Below are positions 47,381 to 54,235 of a stretch of 54,235 nt of DNA, one piece after another. Origin of the DNA: a virus (taxonomy: Duplodnaviria; Caudoviricetes); the IMG/VR virus record IMGVR_UViG_3300042934_000356, positions 1-54,235 of that record. One strand, 5' to 3'. How positions within the stretch are numbered: position 1 is the stretch's first letter; each line of letters opens with the position of its first letter. The translations under genes were made by a program, and so were the position numbers. The notes under the pieces were generated by a model. That model worked only from the letters and a program-made list of their open reading frames with translations, was not told the DNA's origin and ran no database searches.

Positions 47381-50191
47381 TTATTTAGATGAAAAATTAA
47401 CCATAAACTTATCCTTATTTGTCTTATATAACAAATTTAACATCTTTACCGTATATTTATTTGCATTTATTTCAACCTTTTTACCCCCATTATTTTTTTC
47501 TAATCCTAATGCAGTTTCTATTAACCTATTGATTGTTATTATATTACCTATCTTCATTTTTTTTATCTCTTCAATAAAACCGGCTGATTTATCCAAAAAG
47601 AATATCAAGTTATCATCATCTAGATTATTTATATTGTTTTTTACAAACATATCATATTGTTCAACAATATTCCTGATTTTACTCATCTGCCTATCATGCC
47701 CCCTACCATTCATTTTAATAAAAAACTCTTCAGTAGGAGTAGCGGCATCATTACTTGCCATTTGGATTGTATCCAAAACTTCTTCCAACCAATTCATAGG
47801 GCATACTAAATCTTTATTTATCCGCTTCTTTAGTTTATCTTTTGATTCTTTTATTTCTTCGTATGGAATTTCAAGACCATTTTTAGTATGTTTAATTTCT
47901 TTTGTATATTTCATGAATTCCGGTAAGTCGCATTTAATCTTTATGTGTTCACCATTACGTATCATATTATTTGCTATATTCATACAATCCATAGCTTTTA
48001 TTCTATTGATTTCTGTAATTGGATCAACTTCATATTCACGCTTACAGCTATCAATTGCAACCTGCGCTATTACAGATAGAATGACAAAATTATCATATAA
48101 ATCTTTATTACTTGGATTTGTCCAATAATATGTCATGGCGAGCTGTGCTAAGTTACTTGATTCTCCAATTGACATCCTTGATTTTGCAAATTTATTATCC
48201 ATTTCAGCATAAGCAATTTTTGTGTTTTCATATGTTATATTGCTTTCTTGCAATTTATTAACAATCGTAGGATATTCTTCATAACATAACTTTGCATATT
48301 TAACCATAATTAGATGATTTGTGACGAATAAAAAATCGCTATCTTCATCCATTCCGTTAGCTCTATCCTGAATATCACTTTGTATACAATTTATCGCGAT
48401 AATATTTTTACTAAATGTAAAATACTTTTCTATTTCATCACTATAGATATTATGTAAGTAACAAATATTGTTTGGAGAATTATGTGGGTTCCTAATTGCA
48501 CACAGGTATTCATCAGCTTCAAATCTTTTTGTATAACACTGTATTGTTCCTTTTTCAAAATTTAATGTCGGATCTTTTGACCAATCTTCACCAACAGAAT
48601 ATAGCAATAAAGCATAAGGATTACCACATACTGTTAAATTATCAGCATTAATAGTTATTTTTCCTTTTCTAAGTTTATAAACATAATTCTTGATTATTTC
48701 TTTTTTTTCATAACGAAACCATTTACTATTTGCAAAATCTTTATTATGCTCATATAAATCAGCAAGCATTTCATAATGATTAATTTCATTTGCATTATTT
48801 CTCAAAAACTTTTCAAACTCATCATTATCTCGTTTCAGTAATTCAACATAATTGACACTTGTTTTTGCAATGTCTACAATATCGTCTTTAGTGCATGGGA
48901 GAGTATTAAGCATCTGGTAACTCATTTGTTGCACTAATCCTAATTTACTCTCATGATCAGTTTTAACAATACCAAAAACTGAACCATCTGCATTTATTTT
49001 ATTACACCAATATTGATATGCTTCTAGGTCATTACCACCCATTAATTCTTTGAATTTTAACCATTTAATCGCATTATTAGTTGTAATTACTTTAATTTCC
49101 TTTAAAAAATGGGGTAATCCAAACATATCATAGATTACATATGTATCATAATCTTTATTATTTTTTTTACACCAGTCCTTAAAAAATAACTGCATATTGG
49201 TTCTGAATCCACACATCTTAAAAAAATGATTTCTCAGCAGTACCATCCCGTTTATATAATCTGGTAAAATACTGTTGTCAATAAGTCCCATACCATCCCA
49301 CAAAGTATTTTTTACTCGGCTTTCTTTCTGTTCAACTACACATCTATTTTCTTTTCCATCAACTTTTTTATATGATTTTTTATATATAGGATTTCCGTCG
49401 ATATCAAGCTTGCTATTTTTTATAGCATTTTGTCTATTTAATTCTGTTTTTTCTTCATCAATAACACGAATTTTAGTTTCATATTCTTTGGACTTAACAA
49501 TATTAGTCATTGTTGTAAAGAAACTGTCTTGATCTTTTAATATTAGAACATCATTAATTGGTATATGTAATGTATCTATAACTGTACTTGTTACAAGAGG
49601 GGCATATGCTGACATTTCAACTATCTTAGCATTGTCCTTATCCATCTTATTCCCAAGTCCAATTGTTAACCAATCATATGCCTTTTTATATAAGTTTTCA
49701 TTTATAAACATAACCTGGCCAACTTTTGCCTTGGATGGAGTACGATATAGCATTTTATAGTTTATATATTCAATCTTATTAATTTCTCCGTTTTTATCGA
49801 ATGACTTATATTCTACTTTAACACCACTCTGATAAAAATCTTCTCTAATTTCTTCTTTTGATTTTTTAATACATTTTTCTTTATTGATTTCTATTCTATT
49901 GATGATTTTTTTTATTCGTTCTTTTGAATTATCATCTGCATCATCTAATATTTTTCTTAATCGCTTCATTTCTTCGTCATAAGATCTTGAGCCAAAATCA
50001 AAACATAAACAAATAATATCTCTTGTACTTTCACCTTTATGAACGTTAAGTCCATTTTTCAAAAGATATAGACTAAATAAACTATTGTTTAACATTGCAT
50101 CAGTGTAGTCGTACCTATCACGTAATCCTTGATTATATCCATATAATGTTCCTGCTTTTATATTTTTTATCCTTATTCCGTATTTGCTAAT
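47381..50191 (-). CDS. yonO: YonO-like single-subunit RNA polymerase (RdRP-related two-barrel), apparent ATT start
   Basis: LWDGMGLI, LRNHFFK, RNPHNS and the DxDxD motif in QDRANGMDEDSDF; IG..SNLAQ; AIDSCKR; frame open to ATT 50191/50194 after a GAGGAG RBS. Confidence 0.85.
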   Translation of the reverse strand: MSKYGIRIKNIKAGTLYGYNQGLRDRYDYTDAMLNNSLFSLYLLKNGLNVHKGESTRDIICLCFDFGSRSYDEEMKRLRKILDDADDNSKERIKKIINRIEINKEKCIKKSKEEIREDFYQSGVKVEYKSFDKNGEINKIEYINYKMLYRTPSKAKVGQVMFINENLYKKAYDWLTIGLGNKMDKDNAKIVEMSAYAPLVTSTVIDTLHIPINDVLILKDQDSFFTTMTNIVKSKEYETKIRVIDEEKTELNRQNAIKNSKLDIDGNPIYKKSYKKVDGKENRCVVEQKESRVKNTLWDGMGLIDNSILPDYINGMVLLRNHFFKMCGFRTNMQLFFKDWCKKNNKDYDTYVIYDMFGLPHFLKEIKVITTNNAIKWLKFKELMGGNDLEAYQYWCNKINADGSVFGIVKTDHESKLGLVQQMSYQMLNTLPCTKDDIVDIAKTSVNYVELLKRDNDEFEKFLRNNANEINHYEMLADLYEHNKDFANSKWFRYEKKEIIKNYVYKLRKGKITINADNLTVCGNPYALLLYSVGEDWSKDPTLNFEKGTIQCYTKRFEADEYLCAIRNPHNSPNNICYLHNIYSDEIEKYFTFSKNIIAINCIQSDIQDRANGMDEDSDFLFVTNHLIMVKYAKLCYEEYPTIVNKLQESNITYENTKIAYAEMDNKFAKSRMSIGESSNLAQLAMTYYWTNPSNKDLYDNFVILSVIAQVAIDSCKREYEVDPITEINRIKAMDCMNIANNMIRNGEHIKIKCDLPEFMKYTKEIKHTKNGLEIPYEEIKESKDKLKKRINKDLVCPMNWLEEVLDTIQMASNDAATPTEEFFIKMNGRGHDRQMSKIRNIVEQYDMFVKNNINNLDDDNLIFFLDKSAGFIEEIKKMKIGNIITINRLIETALGLEKNNGGKKVEINANKYTVKMLNLLYKTNKDKFMVNFSSK

Positions 50192-50256
50192 AATTCATTC
50201 TCCTCTCAAATTTCAAATAAATAAATTTGTGAATAATATGTGCCATATTATCTATA

Positions 50257-50463
50257 TTACCTTCCTGCTTTTCTATAATATATTCTACGAGCCTTGTCAT
50301 TGCATTCCATTAAGTATCTATTATATGTACTTTCGTTTCTTCTGTTTTCTCTGACCCTTTCACAGTCTTCAGCAAAGACCAAATAACTTTGACAAGTAGA
50401 ATGGCAACCAATTATTCTTTCTGTACATCCTTTACAGTTGTTCTTTATCATTATGTATTTCAC
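50257..50463 (-). CDS. Small Cys/His-rich phage protein
   Basis: CKGCTER..GCHSTC..Y motif. Confidence 0.7.
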   Translation of the reverse strand: MKYIMIKNNCKGCTERIIGCHSTCQSYLVFAEDCERVRENRRNESTYNRYLMECNDKARRIYYRKAGR

Positions 50464-50663
50464 CCCCCCCCATCGAATAAACGTATTATATTATCTGATA
50501 TATTCAATTCTTCATATAATTTTTCCAACAAAGTTTCTAGTACTTTAAATATATAATTGACCTTTCCTATATAATTATTTTTATCAAACGATTTTACTTT
50601 ATCTAATTTGTCATTGTTTAACTCATATAATGTATAAAGATCTATTAAATTGATTGTACTCAT
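50460..50663 (-). CDS. Hypothetical protein
   Basis: 67-aa ORF overlapping the next gene. Confidence 0.5.
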   Translation of the reverse strand: MSTINLIDLYTLYELNNDKLDKVKSFDKNNYIGKVNYIFKVLETLLEKLYEELNISDNIIRLFDGGG

Positions 50664-50768
50664 CTTTATTTTCTTTCCTAAATATCCTCCTGCTAGTGTG
50701 TTGTTGTTTAAAATTCATTCATAATACTTTGATGTAATTTATTTCTACATTCTTTTTCATCCATACTT

Positions 50769-51980
50769 TTATTCTCCTTCTGAGTGTTTTGTATTGTTAA
50801 TCCAATTAATTAGTAATTCTCTCATTCTATGACTAGGTATGTATAAACATATTTCTTTTCCATCTCTAATAGCAGATCTCCATATGAACTGTAACATTTC
50901 ACTAATAGCAAATGCATCCTGATCAACTTCAACCCCATTCTGTTCAAAAAAATTCTTTATATAAGGATTAAAATACTTATTAACCAAGTAAGCAACAGCA
51001 ATTCTGTTTCTATATTCATTGGTGGCTCTCATGTTAGAAGATAAGAATCCTTTAGCATAACCCTTACCAGAAATAAGAGTTTGATAGTCTTTAAATGTTG
51101 TCCATAAATTTTCACTAGTTTTTGTTTTAGTGTAATTTTTAAAATAATTTGAAACAGCGTTCTTTAGTTGTTTCATATTTTTGTTCTCTTTATTTCTTTT
51201 GTACCATCCTTTAGACAGAGACGTATCCAAATCTCCTATGCGATTCAATTTATCATTGTCGCATATATGTATTAACTTCCCATAGTCTAATTTATCATAT
51301 AAGACGACTTCACTGGTAAATTCATATGTATCAACAGAATTGCCTTTTACATACAAGTAATTGTATTCAACATCATAGTAGTCATAATAGTATTTCTGCG
51401 TTTGAGCCTCAAACATATATGTAAGGATGTAGATATTATTAAATGCTTTAAACGTACTAATAGGGAATAACCACATGACTACTGATTCCCCGTATATAGC
51501 AAGACAATTTAAATCGCATAATCTTTTAAATTTTTCAAATTCTCCATGATAATCAGTTGCATACCATTCCAATAAATGTTTGTCTTTGATTCTTGCATAC
51601 TTTTCCAATATCGTTGTCAGATCATCTTTAGATATTTCAATTGTTTCAATGACATCTGCGACCTCATCCATAATTAATGTATAATTATTTGTATATGCCA
51701 ATTCAATTATTTCTTCATCAAATAAACTAAACAGTGAATGAGTAGATACAATGTTATATCCCTGATTAAACAAATATTTAATTCCATTTATTTTTGTACC
51801 AAAAGATTCTGGTTGTTTAAATTTTTTAACTGGACAATTATCTATTACACGTTTTACTTCAGTTAAATAGGGAGTTATGTATAAAAACCTGTCTTCATTG
51901 TTTGAATTGTTAATAAAGTTAATTGCAGCACTTGTTTTACCGTTGCCCATAAGGGCATCTACTATATTTACTTTCATCAA
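50769..51980 (-). CDS. SF2 helicase-like P-loop protein (SPbeta YonV-like)
   Basis: IVDALMGNGKT Walker A, YITPYL.EV, LIMDEV Walker B, Q.IWRSAIR motif VI-like. Confidence 0.75.
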   Translation of the reverse strand: MMKVNIVDALMGNGKTSAAINFINNSNNEDRFLYITPYLTEVKRVIDNCPVKKFKQPESFGTKINGIKYLFNQGYNIVSTHSLFSLFDEEIIELAYTNNYTLIMDEVADVIETIEISKDDLTTILEKYARIKDKHLLEWYATDYHGEFEKFKRLCDLNCLAIYGESVVMWLFPISTFKAFNNIYILTYMFEAQTQKYYYDYYDVEYNYLYVKGNSVDTYEFTSEVVLYDKLDYGKLIHICDNDKLNRIGDLDTSLSKGWYKRNKENKNMKQLKNAVSNYFKNYTKTKTSENLWTTFKDYQTLISGKGYAKGFLSSNMRATNEYRNRIAVAYLVNKYFNPYIKNFFEQNGVEVDQDAFAISEMLQFIWRSAIRDGKEICLYIPSHRMRELLINWINNTKHSEGE

Positions 51981-52035
51981 TCACACACCTTATAATTATT
52001 TAATATAGTTGTTTCATATTATCTGTAATAACGAT

Positions 52036-52326
52036 TAGAACGTTATTTTTTTAAAAAGTTCTAGTTATATTTTAAGAATCCTTGATTTTAGCCACTTTTT
52101 ATCTATCCACACCTTAAATGAAAAATTAAAAAGTTCTAAAATATTTTTTAAAGCCTTATTTTACTAGGGTTTCAGACGTTACATCTAATAAGAAGGGTAT
52201 TATATAAGTTCTAAAATAAATAATAAATAATTCACTCGAAATGGCTGCTTTTTGCCATTGAGAGACACAAGCTGCGTATTTTGCAGCGCAGTGCGTAAAG
52301 TGGAACAGCCAAGAAATAAATCTTGG
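52036..52326. repeat. Putative origin-like region: AAGTTCTA repeats at 75-bp spacing plus GC hairpins
   Basis: AAGTTCTA at 52056, 52131 and 52206; inverted TAGAAC at 52036; hairpins AATGGC/GCCATT, GCTGC/GCAGC, CCAAGA/TCTTGG. Confidence 0.5.
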
Positions 52327-54235
52327 TCAAGATGTATCAATTTCTAACAGTAAATAGATGTGTTTTGTCTGAACCATATTGCCTATACCTCCAAACGAAT
52401 CTGTATCATATTATTTAATAGTGCCTGTTTATTTGTGTATCTTCTCCTTACACTTAGATAATACCATAAATGTTAACTCTTGTCAATGATATGTTTCATA
52501 TTATATGTATTAAATCGATTCATTTTCTTTTTTGTCTTTGTCAGACGATAAAACCGTCTTCCAAATCCAAGCCTGAAGTCTTGTTAAATTTATTTATTAG
52601 ATTTTCTTTCTACCTTTTTACAGATGTTTCTGATGAGTTTTGGATTTATATAATAAGGTAACGAATACTTATTTCTGGATCTGGAATATTTTCTGAATCT
52701 GATCACATATCTGTAATAATTTTCAGATACGGCTGCAATGATAAAACTTCATTAAATATATTTATTGCAAAATAATAAGAAGCTGATAGCTAAAATTGAT
52801 TTTTAAGGTGTAGGTATAGTATTTACCGTGTTAGCTATTACAATTGAAATTTGATGCATTTTACGTTATTTATCACAAAGGATTACAGGTAATAAATATA
52901 AAAGTATAAGGTTTGATTTCTTGACTCATGATTTATAATGATGTTATTTCAATATTTTGGGCTGATTGACTTATGGTGCTTCATGTTATGGTTTGTTATT
53001 AATTCATTTATAAAAAATGCAGTTTATGGCTCTAAAATCGTTTATGCGTTATTACCCATAGAATTTACCGCATCTAACATTATAAATTGAATTTGAGCTA
53101 TTAAGTTATGTTTTTTATCGTAGATTAGGGTAAGAGGAGATGAGGGAATAGTAAGTTGTATTATGTGATTCAGTGATGGTGTTATATTTTTTAATTGGTA
53201 CACGAGAATGTTGGTTATGAGATCAATTTGATGTAAAATATACCCCCCACTTCGGTAGAGATGATAAATGGATAATATGAAACACAGTTCAAAGTATTGA
53301 TTTTACTGATATTGCATGTTATTTTATGGTGGCAAGGAAGAGTGTTTACCTGGTACAATATAATGATATTTTAGGTGATTTGTGGTAAGTTCGATAGAAT
53401 TCAGTGTTTAATAGGGCTATAGTGATTTTAGTGGGTAAAATTGAGAGTATAAGTATGTTCGTTTTATATGTATAGTCAATATTACTAAAATTGTGAAGAT
53501 GGCTTATTTATTGGATTGTGTGAAATGATTATGATGTAAATAGTCCATTCTGCCGAACACTATACCGAACTAATGATGAATTTATTATGCAATTTGTACA
53601 AGTGGCTCTAAGTGGCTTAAATACTAGGTTTGATGGGAGTTTATAAGATTCGAATGTGGATTTTCAATATGAGGTGTGAATGGAACTGATAGGGGATATT
53701 TCTCCGGTTGGATTGCTCTTGAAAATGTAAATATACCCCGTCATATGATAGAACGTATGTTTATAATAATCCATAAAAGTATAGTATTATAGCCTATTCC
53801 AGATATCAATTACACTTTATAAGAAAATAAGGAACTGATAAAGCCAGTGTCATATGAGTACAGGCAAATATGAGGTGGATTCAATTTCATGACAAGTTTA
53901 CAGTGTCATTTATGGTACCGTAGACCACAACTGTAATCTGTTCGATTTTCACTACCTTGTGTTACATAGTACTAAATAGAATATAAAGTAATAATCAATA
54001 TAATATATAATGACATTAGATATAATATCACATAGTAATGAATACTACATACATTATCCTATGAATAAGTTAGCATATAATGAATGATGTTGTATACAAA
54101 ACTTATATTGAAATCAATATTATATAATAGCATAATAAAAACTATATTATGTAGTTTTAATAACTACATACATAGTGCGTCATGCATCATATCACAATAG
54201 TTATCTCTTATAATTTACTAGTAATATTGCACAAT

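Larger units (their letters stand above)
1..54235 (-). mobile_element. SPbeta-like large temperate siphophage/prophage, late and structural region (ends and att sites not visible)
   Basis: Continuous minus-strand order RNAP-terminase-portal-head-neck-tail-tape measure-Dit-Tal-fibre-holins-lysin, resembling the SPbeta yonO to yom region; no host housekeeping genes. Confidence 0.93.

Noticed and set aside
100-49532. Many ORF-track entries antisense or out of frame to long genes (e.g. 4053..4460, 16469..16909, 34087..34467, 47529..48128)
   Set aside because: They are shadows of real genes, with no RBS and composition mirroring the opposite strand.
16068-53026. Near matches to the ATRAAA-N6-TTTYAT site at 16068, 23592, 30078 and 53009
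   Set aside because: They have a mismatched arm or wrong spacer length, and such near matches are expected in AT-rich DNA; not counted.
1-54235. CRISPR array, rRNA, IS element, intron or intein
   Set aside because: No repeat-spacer periodicity, transposase, reverse transcriptase, or interrupted terminase or RNAP frame was seen.

Overview
The whole window is phage DNA with no host genes. It is the late/structural half of a large SPbeta-like temperate siphophage from a low-GC Firmicute (probably Clostridia). Read on the minus strand from right to left, it encodes: a P-loop helicase-like protein, a YonO-type single-subunit RNA polymerase, tRNA-Ser(UGA), PIN-PhoH, a metallophosphoesterase, an antirepressor, terminase, portal, head and neck genes, tail tube, a YomM-like tyrosine recombinase, tape measure, Dit, Tal with an S74 chaperone domain, a BppU/beta-helix tail fibre, three membrane proteins and a C39-type endolysin. 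Three moron hot spots interrupt the tail genes (5.2-10.9 kb, 14.8-16.0 kb, 21.8-24.5 kb). They carry a two-gene CBASS-like system (SMODS + SLATT), an orphan MazF/PemK toxin, a type I toxin peptide and several unknown genes. The most notable unexplained signals are four. (i) Four ATRAAA-N6-TTTYAT inverted-repeat sites sit exactly at gene ends; they bracket the tail-fibre and lysis modules and abut the recombinase gene. (ii) One promoter/leader module is reused in front of two unrelated cargo genes. (iii) Several genes, including the phage RNA polymerase, appear to start at ATT/ATA codons. (iv) There are candidate promoter-driven small RNAs and a strand-polarised RRAGAGTAGT motif. Family calls come from recognising motifs and SPbeta synteny by eye; no database searches were run.
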